From assembly GCA_937915485.1 (NCBI GenBank), contig CALGII010000029.1, positions 1-25,748 of the forward strand: a stretch of DNA of 25,748 bases, read 5' to 3'. The position numbers and the translations under genes are program-made. The stretch is from an uncultured Ignavibacteriota bacterium (GTDB taxonomy: Bacteria; Bacteroidota; Ignavibacteria; Tepidaquicellales; Tepidaquicellaceae). The notes beneath the pieces were generated by a model. The model was given only the letters and a program-made list of their open reading frames with translations. It did not search any database and was not told the origin of the DNA. Shown here piece by piece: positions 1 through 9,483 of the stretch (positions are counted from its first letter, which is position 1; each line of letters starts with the position of its first letter).

Positions 1-47
1 ACGAGATGTAGCCGTGACTGGAGTTCAGACGTGTGCTCTTCCGATCT
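1..47. other. Illumina TruSeq indexed adapter remnant (sequencing artefact, not genomic)
   Basis: 1-7 ACGAGAT, 8-13 GTAGCC (reverse complement GGCTAC, which I recall as TruSeq index 11), 14-47 GTGACTGGAGTTCAGACGTGTGCTCTTCCGATCT. This is an exact match to the ...GGCATACGAGAT-index-GTGACTGGAGTTCAGACGTGTGCTCTTCCGATCT adapter/primer. Confidence 0.95.
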
Positions 48-881
48 TTGTCGTCGGGCATTTCTTACAGCATACTTTGGGTTATTATACCGACATTGCT
101 CGTCTTTCTCGGAATACTCGGTTTTTATTTCGACAAGTCGGACGCGATTTCCAAGATAAACAGTTATATCAACCAGATGCTTCCTTTCAGTTTCGAGGCA
201 AAGGACAGATTTCTTGATACAATCTCGAACAAGGCATACGAACTTTCTCAGAACGCTTTCATAACGCTCATAATCGGTCTTGCGGGTATTTTCTGGGCGA
301 TGAGCAGCATGTTTAGTTACATGCGCGACGTGATGAACAGGATATTCGACGTGAAGGAATCCGTGAATTTCTTCAGAGGGAAAGTCAGGGATTTCATACT
401 CCTGCTTGCAATAATCGTGCTCTTCACGCTAACGATGGTTATAACGTCCGTGCAGCAGATTGACAATGACGCTCTGAAACTCGTGCTCGGATTTATCGAT
501 TCCAATTTTTCGACGAACAAGTTGTTTTTAATCTTATTCCCGTTCTTCATATCGTTCGTTATGTTTTTCTTTCTGTATCGATTCGTGCCGCACTACAAAA
601 TTCCGACGAATGCAATATTTTTCGGTTCACTCGTATCCGCGGTGCTTTACGAAATATTAAAAAATATTTTCGCGTACTACATACTGAACTTTTCAAACTA
701 CTCGAAAATATACGGAGCGTACGCGGCGTTCGTGATATTCATGCTCTGGGTTTACGTCATATCGCTGATTTTCTGCGTGGGTGCGGCGACGGGGAAAATA
801 TATCTGGAACTTCACAACCTTGAAATCAAGTTTTACAATAAAGAAAAATATGGAACAGAGAAAATTATCCAGAACGATTGA
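48..881 (+). CDS. YihY/BrkB family inner-membrane protein, 5'-truncated at the contig/adapter boundary
   Basis: Track ORF 33..881. Multi-TM profile and C-terminal YGAYAAFVIFMLWVYVISLIFCVGAA block are typical of the YihY/BrkB family. The codons before nt 48, including the GTG 'start' at 33, are adapter-encoded, so the true N-terminus is missing. Confidence 0.75.
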   Translation: MSSGISYSILWVIIPTLLVFLGILGFYFDKSDAISKINSYINQMLPFSFEAKDRFLDTISNKAYELSQNAFITLIIGLAGIFWAMSSMFSYMRDVMNRIFDVKESVNFFRGKVRDFILLLAIIVLFTLTMVITSVQQIDNDALKLVLGFIDSNFSTNKLFLILFPFFISFVMFFFLYRFVPHYKIPTNAIFFGSLVSAVLYEILKNIFAYYILNFSNYSKIYGAYAAFVIFMLWVYVISLIFCVGAATGKIYLELHNLEIKFYNKEKYGTEKIIQND

Positions 882-2097
882 AAAATTCATAACCGAGGCT
901 CCGAATTTCAAGCGCATCGAGGACCTCCTCAAATATGTGCTGAATCAGATTATCAGTTATGAGCATATCGGGATTACCGGAGGCAGAATATGGAAACTAA
1001 GCGGAAGCAAGACATCTTACACGCTTCTCGAGCAGATGGGCGACGTGCCGAAGATAGACCGCAAATATGAACTGAAGATATCAGAATTCCCTGTTCTCGA
1101 CGAGATATCAAAACGGCGCACTGTTACCGCGAACGAGACAAACAATTATCTTCGAAAGAAAGGGATAAACGCTTTTTCCGCGACGGGTCTCGGCGACAAA
1201 TTCAAAGTGAAACACAAAGGAAAGACAATATTTCTATACCAGTACCTTCTTGCTTTCAACGTCGAGAGAATATACGATGAATTTCTTTACGCGCTGAACA
1301 TAATCGGCGTTACGCTGAATTCGATAATGCGCGCGAAGAAAATCGAGAAGAAAGCAAATGAGAACATTTTTGAACTTGAGAAGGCGAGCGAAATCCAGCG
1401 GAGCATACTTCCCGAGCATTCTTATAAATTCGGCAATTACGAAATTTTCGGTATATCGATTCCTGACAAAATAGTTGGAGGCGATTTCTTTGATTACATA
1501 AGCATAGCGGAAGGAAACAAGTTGTGCATAGTAATCGGGGACGCGGCTTCGAAGGGAATATCCGCGGCAGCGCAGGCATTGTATGTTTCGGGCGCGCTTA
1601 AGATGGGCGTGAGTTACGACGTCGGTTTCACGACTCTAATAAAAAAAATCAGCAATCTCGTCAATGACACGTTTCCGGACGAGCGTTTCGTGACTCTTTT
1701 TCTCTGCGAACTTTACAAGGATAAAAAAGGACTTTGCGTTTACGTAAACGCCGGGCATAACTCGCCGTTCATACTTAAAGAATCGAGCGGTCAGATTATC
1801 AGCCTTCATTCTACGGGACCCGTGCTCGGTCCGTCGCCTAATCAGGATTATTATCTCGACAGCCAGTATATCGAGAAAGGCGATTTCCTCGTGCTTTATA
1901 CTGACGGCATAGTCGAGGCGACAAATGAAAAATTCGAGTTCTACGGCGAGGAAAGACTCAAAAAATTAATCGCGAAGCACAAGAGCGCGGCGCCTGATTT
2001 CATGTGCAAGAAAATTATCGAAGATGTACAGCGTTACTCGTCAAACGGGAAATATTCCGACGACAGAACGATGGTTGTTATAAAAAGAATATCCTGA
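850..2097 (+). CDS. PP2C-family (SpoIIE/RsbU-like) serine/threonine phosphatase with an N-terminal sensor-like region (possibly GAF)
   Basis: C-terminal blocks GGDFFDY, IGDAASKGISAA, VNAGHNSP, LYTDGIVEA and DDRTMVVIKR are PP2C/SpoIIE signatures. Start set to ATG 850 (MEQRK...), because the track start at 781 lies deep inside the upstream CDS. Overlaps the upstream gene by 32 nt. Confidence 0.85.
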   Translation: MEQRKLSRTIEKFITEAPNFKRIEDLLKYVLNQIISYEHIGITGGRIWKLSGSKTSYTLLEQMGDVPKIDRKYELKISEFPVLDEISKRRTVTANETNNYLRKKGINAFSATGLGDKFKVKHKGKTIFLYQYLLAFNVERIYDEFLYALNIIGVTLNSIMRAKKIEKKANENIFELEKASEIQRSILPEHSYKFGNYEIFGISIPDKIVGGDFFDYISIAEGNKLCIVIGDAASKGISAAAQALYVSGALKMGVSYDVGFTTLIKKISNLVNDTFPDERFVTLFLCELYKDKKGLCVYVNAGHNSPFILKESSGQIISLHSTGPVLGPSPNQDYYLDSQYIEKGDFLVLYTDGIVEATNEKFEFYGEERLKKLIAKHKSAAPDFMCKKIIEDVQRYSSNGKYSDDRTMVVIKRIS

Positions 2098-3230
2098 TGA
2101 AAAGATTGATTGCCATATTATTGATAATCATTTCTTATTCGGCAGCGCATTCGCAGACGGGCGAGGAAGAGACCGTAAGAATAATGAAATACATTTATTC
2201 GTGCAATTTCGATTCCTCAAAGATATTAATCGACAGATACATCAGTTCCAAATCGAATCCTCCGCAAAGCAATTTTCTCGACGTTCTTTCGGGATGGTGG
2301 AAGATAAACATAGACAGAAAGAACGAGAAACTCGACGAGGATTTCAACGAAAAGGTAAACAGAACACTTGACATCTGCGACGCTATACTCGATAAAAACC
2401 CCGATGATTTCAACGCTCTTTTCTACAAGGGAGGCGCGCTCGGTTACCGTGGGCTTCTTAAGAGTCTGAGGGAAAGTTGGCTTTCGGCCGCTGACGACGG
2501 AAAGCAGGCGTTGAACCTTATGGACAGGGCGCTCGAGATAAATCCCAACAACAAGGAAGCGCTTCTCGGCATAGGCATTTACAACTACTTTGCGGAATAC
2601 GTGCCTTTCAGGTATCCTTTTCTGAAACCTTTGCTAATAATATTCCCGAAGGGAGACAAAGTAAAGGGACTTGCGCAGATAAAGGAAGCCGCGCAGAATT
2701 CGAAAATCGCGACATACGAGGCGCATTACATTATCGCGTACTTAAACATCGTGTACGAGCGGAATTTTTACGAAGGCGAAACGTATTCTTCGTATCTATT
2801 CAATCTGTTTCCATCGAATTCTGTTTTTGAAAGGCTGCTTTACAGTTGTTACGTAGGGCAGGGGCGTTTTCAGAACGCACTGGACGGATGGACAGGCGTC
2901 AGAAACAAGAATAAGTCGAATACGACGGGATACAATATTGACGCGGTTCTTCGCGAGGCGGATTATTACATAACGCTCTGCCTGCTTAAAACAGGAAACA
3001 TAGACAAGTCGGACGAATACATAGACGAACTTTTCAAACTTAACGAGAAACTTGATAAAGACGAAACGTCATTCAAAGCGTTTTCTTATCTCATGCTTGG
3101 AATGAAGTATGACGCCGCAGGCGACAGGAACAAAGCGCTGGAGAATTATAATAAAGTTCTTGAGATGAAGGAGTTTTCAAACAGCCACAAGGACGCCGAA
3201 AAGTACATCAAAGAGGCCTACAGGAAATAA
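2097..3230 (+). CDS. Secreted TPR-like helical-repeat protein of unknown function
   Basis: Start moved to ATG 2097 (MKRLIAILLIIISYSAAHS|Q signal peptide). It overlaps the upstream stop within TGATGA, which suggests translational coupling. TPR-like helical repeats include ALEINPNNKEALLGIGIYNYF and NKALENYNKVLEM. Confidence 0.6.
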   Translation: MKRLIAILLIIISYSAAHSQTGEEETVRIMKYIYSCNFDSSKILIDRYISSKSNPPQSNFLDVLSGWWKINIDRKNEKLDEDFNEKVNRTLDICDAILDKNPDDFNALFYKGGALGYRGLLKSLRESWLSAADDGKQALNLMDRALEINPNNKEALLGIGIYNYFAEYVPFRYPFLKPLLIIFPKGDKVKGLAQIKEAAQNSKIATYEAHYIIAYLNIVYERNFYEGETYSSYLFNLFPSNSVFERLLYSCYVGQGRFQNALDGWTGVRNKNKSNTTGYNIDAVLREADYYITLCLLKTGNIDKSDEYIDELFKLNEKLDKDETSFKAFSYLMLGMKYDAAGDRNKALENYNKVLEMKEFSNSHKDAEKYIKEAYRK

Positions 3231-3265
3231 AAAAGGCGCTGTCCTTTAAGAGCAGCGCCTTATAT
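3231..3265. terminator. Bidirectional intrinsic terminator between convergent genes
   Basis: 9-bp stem AAGGCGCTG (3233-3241) / CAGCGCCTT (3253-3261). It is flanked by an A-run on the left and T-rich sequence on the right, and sits between the stop codons at 3230 (+) and 3280 (-). Confidence 0.6.
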
Positions 3266-3279
3266 AAAATCCTGCGCAA

Positions 3280-4332
3280 TTATTTCAGCAGAGTCATTTT
3301 CATTATGTCGTTGTAGATTGTGCCGTTCACCGATTTGAAAGTCAGTTTGCACATATATGTTCCCGAACTAAGTTTCGCTCCGTTCATGTTCACGGTATAA
3401 ACTCCCTGATTCATCTGCGCGTTCACGAGCGTATTCACTTCATTACCGAGTATGTCATAAACCTTAAGGTTCGCGAATCCGTTCGTCGGAAGCGCGAATC
3501 TTATGTTTGTAACGGGATTGAAGGGATTCGGATAGTTCTGTGAAAGTTCGAAATCCTTAGCGGTGATTTCGTTTCTGATGATTGATGTTGTGATTCCCGC
3601 CCAGGTTCTCGCGCCTCTTATACCGTCAATATTCAGCGTAGGCGCGTTCGATGCGCTGCCTTGTCTCACTGCCATTCTTCCAATGCTGTTAACGTCTGTT
3701 GCGGTACCCGTCACGGGACCTACGTAAGCCGTTGTAGGCTCGGTTGAGGGAAGGTTCGGGGATGTGAACACGTAAAGTTTCATTTCATCATCAGTCGTCG
3801 AACCTGTATTGAAAGTATATTTAACCACGAGCAAGTAAGTTGTTCCATAAGCGAAACCGTTAGCGCCGTATACGATAGGACCGCCCGAGGCGCTTGATTT
3901 GCTCAAACCGAAAGAAATCGTGCCTGCCGAATCCTTGGCATATACTCTTGCTGAGTATAATGACGTTGAGGTCGCTGGCAAGAACGCGAAGAAATAGTCA
4001 CCCGCCGCTTTAGCGGAATCCACCTGCACCATAAATGACGCATAAATGGAAGCGGATGAAACCGAATCTCCTGAGAACGGCTTGTATCCGTCGATGCCGT
4101 TATTTCTAAGCCTGCAGGCATTACCAATATTTGAAAGGGGATAGCCGGTGTATGTAAGTCCCGGCGAAACAACCATTATATTGTTCGTGCTTCCCGTATT
4201 CGGAACCCATCCGTGAGCGCCTATCGAGTCGCCCGCGGTATAATCGAAATTTTCAGTGAAGACTATCTGTGAATTGGCGGTAGCGAATAATGCCGCTATT
4301 GCAAAAATGGTCAAAAAGATACGTAATCTCAT
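3280..4332 (-). CDS. Secreted protein with a type-A T9SS C-terminal sorting domain; function unknown
   Basis: Signal peptide MRLRIFLTIFAIAALFATANS|Q. C-terminal ~85 aa reads FELSQNYPNPFNPVTNIRF...KVYDILGNEV...LSSGTYMCKL...LLK, the canonical Por/T9SS CTD pattern. Confidence 0.8.
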   Translation of the reverse strand: MRLRIFLTIFAIAALFATANSQIVFTENFDYTAGDSIGAHGWVPNTGSTNNIMVVSPGLTYTGYPLSNIGNACRLRNNGIDGYKPFSGDSVSSASIYASFMVQVDSAKAAGDYFFAFLPATSTSLYSARVYAKDSAGTISFGLSKSSASGGPIVYGANGFAYGTTYLLVVKYTFNTGSTTDDEMKLYVFTSPNLPSTEPTTAYVGPVTGTATDVNSIGRMAVRQGSASNAPTLNIDGIRGARTWAGITTSIIRNEITAKDFELSQNYPNPFNPVTNIRFALPTNGFANLKVYDILGNEVNTLVNAQMNQGVYTVNMNGAKLSSGTYMCKLTFKSVNGTIYNDIMKMTLLK

Positions 4333-4598
4333 AATTTTATTTGGGATTAATTTTAGAAATATTTGATATTTCTTAATTATAGTTATAATTTAAGAAAATA
4401 TCCATACAAATTTTGTCTTGAAACGTTAAATTATATTTAAGGAATTGTAAACATTTTTACAGATTGTCAGGCTGCAGAATTTATAAAACCATTCGGCGTT
4501 TAACTAATTCAAATCAAATTTTCCGTTGTATTTTCATTGATTTATTTGAAAAAAAATCGTAATTTTATTTTTTATAAAACTTTTAAAAAGGGGTTCAT

Positions 4599-4796
4599 TT
4601 GATAAAAGTAGTTGTACAAGACAATGAATCGATAGACAAGGCTCTAAAGAGATTTAAAAAGAAATATGAAAAGGCGGGAGTGCTTAAAGAGTTCAGAAGA
4701 AGACAATTCTTCGTAAAACCTTCTGTGGACAAGAAAATGAACAAGGAAAGAGCAATTAGAAAATCGAAAAGAATAATCGCGGAAGAAAACAATTAA
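4599..4796 (+). CDS. rpsU: 30S ribosomal protein bS21
   Basis: IKVVVQDNESIDKALKRFKKKYEKAGVLKEFRRRQFFVKPSVDKKMNKERAIRKSKR is a clear bS21 sequence. TTG start at 4599 is preceded by the purine-rich tract AAAAAGGGG (4586-4594). Confidence 0.9.
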   Translation: MIKVVVQDNESIDKALKRFKKKYEKAGVLKEFRRRQFFVKPSVDKKMNKERAIRKSKRIIAEENN

Positions 4797-4822
4797 TATA
4801 AGTTATTACAGATGATTTTTCG

Positions 4823-4856
4823 CCCACTACCTAAAGGTTGTGGGTTTTCTTTTTAT
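4823..4856 (+). terminator. Intrinsic terminator after rpsU
   Basis: Stem CCCACTACC (4823-4831) / GGTTGTGGG (4836-4844) with one mismatch and loop TAAA, followed by TTTTCTTTTT. Confidence 0.55.
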
Positions 4857-4903
4857 TAAAATTCTTTTATTATTGTATCGAAAATCAATAATTTATTCTA
4901 TAA

Positions 4904-5422
4904 ATGGAAAAAACGAAACTTCAAGTTTATATAAAACCGTCCGACATAACGAAGCGGATAAAGGAATTAGCGGACGAAATAAACCGCGATTACGAGAATA
5001 AAATACCGATATTCATCGGGATTCTGAACGGCGCGTTTATTTTCATGTCCGATTTGATAAGAGAAATAAAAGTTAACTGCGAAATCGATTTCCTGAAACT
5101 TTCGAGTTACGGCGACAGTAAAATATCTTCAGGCGAGGTCAAGACATTAAAGGAACTCAACTGCGACCTTAAGGGAAGGGATATTATCATCGTCGAGGAT
5201 ATAATTGATTCCGGATTATCGATGGAATACATTTTGAAGCGTTTGAAAATGCACAAGCCGAAATCGGTTAAGATTGCAAGCCTTCTTATCAAGAAAGGAA
5301 CGCCGAAATTCAACTTCAATATCGATTATCTCGGATTCGAAATTGACAACAAATTCGTGGTGGGATATGGGCTTGATTTCGCGCAAAAGTACAGGAATTT
5401 AAAAGGCATATATGTGTTATAA
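4904..5422 (+). CDS. hpt: Hypoxanthine phosphoribosyltransferase
   Basis: 172 aa. PRPP-binding loop IIIVEDIIDSGLSM and C-terminal VVGYGLDFAQKYRNL. Conserved position immediately upstream of ftsH. Confidence 0.9.
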   Translation: MEKTKLQVYIKPSDITKRIKELADEINRDYENKIPIFIGILNGAFIFMSDLIREIKVNCEIDFLKLSSYGDSKISSGEVKTLKELNCDLKGRDIIIVEDIIDSGLSMEYILKRLKMHKPKSVKIASLLIKKGTPKFNFNIDYLGFEIDNKFVVGYGLDFAQKYRNLKGIYVL

Positions 5423-5438
5423 ATAATAAATTTAACGT

Positions 5439-7448
5439 ATGGCACAAACCAACAAAGAAAATAAAGACAATAAAAACAGCAACGAAGAATTCAACTGGAA
5501 CAGGGTATTTAAAATTGTACTCGGCTGGTCGGCGATATTGATCGGCTTTTTTCTAATAATGATTTATACAAAAGGCGGCGAATCGAAGAGCACCGAGATA
5601 ACTTTTGACCAGTATCAGAAACTTCTTACGGAAAAGAAAATTGAATCCGCGACAATAAAAAAATCCGATAACAACTACGAGTTCGCGGGAAAATTAAGAA
5701 ACCCGGAAATGCTGACAGTCGGCGGAAGGCAGGTGAACATCGACAGGTTCACGCTTTATCTTCCTTACACGAACGTTGACGACAGCGTTATAAAAGCCTG
5801 GAACGAAAACATAGCGACATACAACATAGAAAGGGACGACGGCGGCTGGATTGGTCCTGTCCTGAACGCTCTTCCCTGGATACTCATTATCGCGTTCTGG
5901 ATAATCCTGATGAGGAGGATGCAGAACGGAGGTTCGGGCGGAACGAAAGGAATATTTTCATTCGGCAAGTCCAAGGCAAAGATGATGACGGGTTCGCAGA
6001 TGAAGATAACATTCGCGGACGTCGCGGGAGCGGATGAAGCGAAACAGGAATTATCCGAAATAATAGAATTTTTAAAGAGTCCCGGAAAATTTCAGAAACT
6101 CGGCGGAAAGATTCCGCGCGGCGTGCTTTTGCTCGGTCCTCCGGGAACGGGAAAAACGCTGCTTGCGCGCGCGGTCGCGGGCGAAGCGGGAGTTCCGTTC
6201 TTTTCAATCAGCGGAGCGGATTTCGTCGAAATGTTCGTCGGTGTCGGCGCATCGAGAGTTCGCGACCTGTTCGATCAGGGAAAGAAGAACGCGCCCTGCA
6301 TAATTTTCATCGATGAAATTGACGCGGTCGGAAGGCACAGAGGCGCGGGTCTCGGCGGAGGTCACGACGAGCGCGAGCAGACGCTTAACCAGTTGCTGAT
6401 AGAGATGGACGGTTTCGAACAGAACAGCGGGGTTATTATTATAGCCGCGACAAACAGACCCGACATTCTCGACCCTGCATTGCTGCGTCCGGGAAGGTTC
6501 GACAGGCAGGTTGTCGTCGACAGGCCCGACGTTAAGGGACGCGAAGGAATACTTAAGGTGCACACGAGAAGAATTCCGTTGTCGAAAGACATAAAACTTG
6601 ACGTTCTCGCGAAAGGAACACCCGGATTTTCTGGCGCGGATCTCGCGAATCTCGTGAATGAAGCGGCGCTTCTTGCCGCGAGAAGGAACTCCGACTCCGT
6701 AACGATGCGCGACCTTGAAGACGCGAAGGACAAAGTTATGATGGGAACGGAAAGGAAGAGTCTGATAATTTCCGAAAGAGAGAAGAGGACAACGTCTTAT
6801 CACGAAACGGGACACGTGCTCGTGGCGAAATACACGCCCGAAGCGGACCCGGTTCACAAGGTAACAATAATTCCAAGAGGAAGGGCTCTCGGCGTAACGA
6901 CTTATCTGCCGATGGATGAGAAGCATACGTATTCGAAAGAATATCTCGAGGCTATGATAACATACGCGATGGGCGGCCGCGCCGCGGAGAAACTCGTTTT
7001 CAACGAATATACAACAGGCGCGAGCAACGACATAGAGCGCTCGACTTCTATAGCGAGAAAGATGGTATGCGAATTCGGTATGAGCGAAAAACTCGGTCCG
7101 ATAACTTACGGAAACAAGCAGGAAGAAGTATTCCTCGGCAAGGAACTTCACGAGCACAAGAATTACAGCGAGACAACGCAGATTTTAATCGACGACGAAA
7201 TTAAAAAGATTGTGAACGCGGGTATGGACAGAGCGATGCGTATCCTTACGGAACACATCGACGAACTTCACAGGCTGTCTGAAGTGCTTCTCGAAAGGGA
7301 AATTCTTGATTCCGACGAGATTGACAAGGTTATAAGAGGCGAAACTCTTCCTCCTGTAGAAAAGAACGGTGACGCGAATAACGGTCAGCAGGCTAAGGAA
7401 AGCAAGGAAACCGCAAAGGCAAGCGAAACAGTAATACCCGAATCATAA
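5439..7448 (+). CDS. ftsH: ATP-dependent zinc metalloprotease FtsH
   Basis: N-terminal TM helices, Walker A GPPGTGKT, Walker [12 protein letters not shown] region [20 protein letters not shown] and zinc motif HETGH. Confidence 0.97.
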   Translation: MAQTNKENKDNKNSNEEFNWNRVFKIVLGWSAILIGFFLIMIYTKGGESKSTEITFDQYQKLLTEKKIESATIKKSDNNYEFAGKLRNPEMLTVGGRQVNIDRFTLYLPYTNVDDSVIKAWNENIATYNIERDDGGWIGPVLNALPWILIIAFWIILMRRMQNGGSGGTKGIFSFGKSKAKMMTGSQMKITFADVAGADEAKQELSEIIEFLKSPGKFQKLGGKIPRGVLLLGPPGTGKTLLARAVAGEAGVPFFSISGADFVEMFVGVGASRVRDLFDQGKKNAPCIIFIDEIDAVGRHRGAGLGGGHDEREQTLNQLLIEMDGFEQNSGVIIIAATNRPDILDPALLRPGRFDRQVVVDRPDVKGREGILKVHTRRIPLSKDIKLDVLAKGTPGFSGADLANLVNEAALLAARRNSDSVTMRDLEDAKDKVMMGTERKSLIISEREKRTTSYHETGHVLVAKYTPEADPVHKVTIIPRGRALGVTTYLPMDEKHTYSKEYLEAMITYAMGGRAAEKLVFNEYTTGASNDIERSTSIARKMVCEFGMSEKLGPITYGNKQEEVFLGKELHEHKNYSETTQILIDDEIKKIVNAGMDRAMRILTEHIDELHRLSEVLLEREILDSDEIDKVIRGETLPPVEKNGDANNGQQAKESKETAKASETVIPES

Positions 7449-7460
7449 AATACGACTTTG

Positions 7461-7490
7461 AAAAAAGCGGGTCATCCCGCTTTTTTCTTT
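7461..7490 (+). terminator. Intrinsic terminator after ftsH
   Basis: AAAAAAGCGGG (7461-7471) / CCCGCTTTTTT (7476-7486), loop TCAT, with the T-tract running to 7490. The next ATG is at 7498. Confidence 0.8.
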
Positions 7491-7497
7491 TACGAAT

Positions 7498-8115
7498 ATG
7501 AACAGAGAAATTGATATAAAATACGAAATCTACCGCAAACTGATTCACATAATCTCAACAATAATTCCGGTTTTGTATTTCTTAACTTCGAAAGAGTTCA
7601 TCCTTACTCTCGTTGGAACGGGAACAGCGCTGATGGTTCTGATTGATGTGTTAAAGCGGTATTCAAGACCCGTAGGTTCGCTTTACAAAATGGTATTCGT
7701 GCGGATACTGAGAGAAGACGAGAGGGAATTCGGGAAAAAACTTTTTACCGGAGGCACTTATTACGCGTTCGGCATTCTTCTCTCGCTTGTCTTTTTCACG
7801 ATGGAGATTGCGGCGGCATCGATACTTATAATGATATGGTCGGATACTCTGGCTGCGCTCGCCGGCAGGATATTCGGCAAAATAAAAATTTACCATAACA
7901 AGACGCTTGAGGGTTCGGCAACATTTTTCGCGTCCGGCGCGCTGATTCTTTTCATTCTGTCGGTTTTTCTTTCCGGATTTCCCTCATTGCTGCTCGCGTT
8001 TGTCGCGCTTTTCATCACCACGCTTGCGGAATTATTTCTTGACAAACTGAACGATAATCTGACGATACCGCTGGTATTCGGATTCACATTAACAATATTA
8101 ATCAAATTACTTTAA
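7498..8115 (+). CDS. CTP-transferase-1 superfamily membrane protein (SEC59/DGK1/VTE5-like polyprenol or diacylglycerol kinase, or CdsA-like)
   Basis: 205 aa, about 6 TM helices. The block WSDTLAALAGRIFGK...KTLEGSATFF resembles phosphatidate cytidylyltransferase / dolichol-kinase family motifs. The exact activity cannot be called. Confidence 0.55.
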   Translation: MNREIDIKYEIYRKLIHIISTIIPVLYFLTSKEFILTLVGTGTALMVLIDVLKRYSRPVGSLYKMVFVRILREDEREFGKKLFTGGTYYAFGILLSLVFFTMEIAAASILIMIWSDTLAALAGRIFGKIKIYHNKTLEGSATFFASGALILFILSVFLSGFPSLLLAFVALFITTLAELFLDKLNDNLTIPLVFGFTLTILIKLL

Positions 8116-8116
8116 G

Positions 8117-9220
8117 ATGGCATTACGATGCGGAATAGTAGGTTTACCGAATGTAGGAAAGTCGACGTTGTTTAACGCGCTTACCGAATCACAGAACGCT
8201 GAGGCTTCGAATTATCCTTTCTGCACTATAGAACCAAACATCGGGACAATAATCGTACCCGACACGAAAGTCGACAGGCTCGTGGAGATATACAATCCGA
8301 AAAAAATATCGCCGGGAACGATTAGTTTCGTCGATATCGCGGGGCTCGTTAAAGGCGCTTCAAAAGGCGAGGGGCTGGGAAACCAGTTCCTGTCGCACAT
8401 ACGCGAGGTCGAAGCGATAATTCATATTGTGCGGTGTTTTCAGGACGAGAACATTATTCACGTGAACAATAAAATCGACCCGAAGGAAGATATTGAGATT
8501 ATTGAAACCGAACTAATCTTAAAAGACCTCGATGTAATAGAAAAGCGGCTCGAGAAGATTGAGAAGAGCGTCCGCATAGGCGACAAGAAATTCATACGCG
8601 AGACTGAACTGCTTCATCAACTTAAAGACCATTTCGCGGCGGGCAGGCTCGCTCATTATTTTGTGCTGGACCTATCGCAGGAGGACAGGGAGTTATTGAA
8701 TGATGTGCATTTACTGACGGACAAGCCCGTGATATACGTAGCGAACGTGAATGAAGAGGATGCGAAAGGAAACGAATACACCAAAATAGTCGAGGAGATA
8801 GCGAAGAAGGAGGATGCGAAATGCCTCGTGCTATCCGTGAAGATTGAATCCGAAATCGCCGCGCTCGAGACGATGGAGGAAAAACGCGAGTTCCTGAATG
8901 ACCTCGGCTTGAAAGAATCGGGATTGAACAGGCTCATCAGAGAAAGTTACGCGCTGCTCGGACTGGTTACATTCTACACGGCAGGGGAAAAGGAAGTTCA
9001 CGCGTGGACAATCGACAAAGGATTAAGGGCACCGCAGGCGGCGGGAAAGATTCATACGGATTTCGAAAAAGGATTCATTCGCGCGGAAGTTATAAAGTAC
9101 GACGACCTGATTGAACTGGGTTCAGAAGCGGCGGTAAAGGAAAAAGGTCTGATGAAAGTCGAAGGAAAGGATTACGTCGTCGAAGACGGAGACGTGGTAT
9201 TTTTCAGGTTTAACGTATAG
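8117..9220 (+). CDS. ychF: Ribosome-binding ATPase YchF
   Basis: G1 GLPNVGKST, NYPFCTIEPN, DIAGLVKGAS, and the C-terminal TGS-like HTDFEKGFIRAEV...EGKDYVVEDGDVVFFRFNV. Confidence 0.95.
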   Translation: MALRCGIVGLPNVGKSTLFNALTESQNAEASNYPFCTIEPNIGTIIVPDTKVDRLVEIYNPKKISPGTISFVDIAGLVKGASKGEGLGNQFLSHIREVEAIIHIVRCFQDENIIHVNNKIDPKEDIEIIETELILKDLDVIEKRLEKIEKSVRIGDKKFIRETELLHQLKDHFAAGRLAHYFVLDLSQEDRELLNDVHLLTDKPVIYVANVNEEDAKGNEYTKIVEEIAKKEDAKCLVLSVKIESEIAALETMEEKREFLNDLGLKESGLNRLIRESYALLGLVTFYTAGEKEVHAWTIDKGLRAPQAAGKIHTDFEKGFIRAEVIKYDDLIELGSEAAVKEKGLMKVEGKDYVVEDGDVVFFRFNV

Positions 9221-9244
9221 GGGTCCATATTTAATACTGTCGTA

Positions 9245-9320
9245 TCGCATCGCCACGGCGATCCTAAGCCACGGCGACCCTTCGGCTCTACGGTGCTATT
9301 AGATGCCGCTCCTACGGAGC
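9245..9320 (+). repeat. Solo GC-rich REP-like element (accessory motif plus leader-hairpin copy)
   Basis: 9296-9320 CTATTAGATGCCGCTCCTACGGAGC has the same leader as the RAYT-flanking repeats plus a GCTCC-TAC-GGAGC hairpin. 9247-9293 GCATCGCCACGGCGATCCTAAGCCACGGCGACCC... matches the nested motif at 11778-11819 and 11995-12020. Confidence 0.65.
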
Positions 9321-9483
9321 TTATGGTGCTTCACCACCTTCTTTCATCTCATAACAAATGCGGCAAAACCCCTTACAAATTAATTAACTTGAAAACACAA
9401 TTAACAAGAGCGATATTATCCCTGTTACGTGATTAACATCATCAACTAATTCCGTATTTTCAATTTTAAAAGATTAATGAGAA

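Noticed and set aside
33-47. GTG start at nt 33 for the first ORF
   Set aside because: The start codon and the first five codons are encoded by the Illumina adapter. The real gene is 5'-truncated.
781-849. Longest-ORF N-terminal extensions (781 for the PP2C gene; likewise 2004-2096 for the TPR gene and 17418-17444 for purM)
   Set aside because: The extensions lie inside upstream genes or encode non-native-looking peptides. The internal Met starts give a proper signal peptide (2097), the conserved PurM N-terminus (17417) and a smaller overlap (850).
6204-7157. 317-aa ORF antisense to ftsH (with 5887..6207 and 6362..6733)
   Set aside because: It lies fully inside the highly conserved ftsH CDS. 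It is Arg/Ser-rich with no recognisable motifs, the typical shadow ORF of a GC-richer coding region.
9221-9483. ncRNA or riboswitch in the 263-bp ychF to T9SS-gene spacer
   Set aside because: The only structured, GC-rich part is explained by the REP-like elements (9245-9320). The rest is AT-rich promoter-like DNA with no recognisable riboswitch core.
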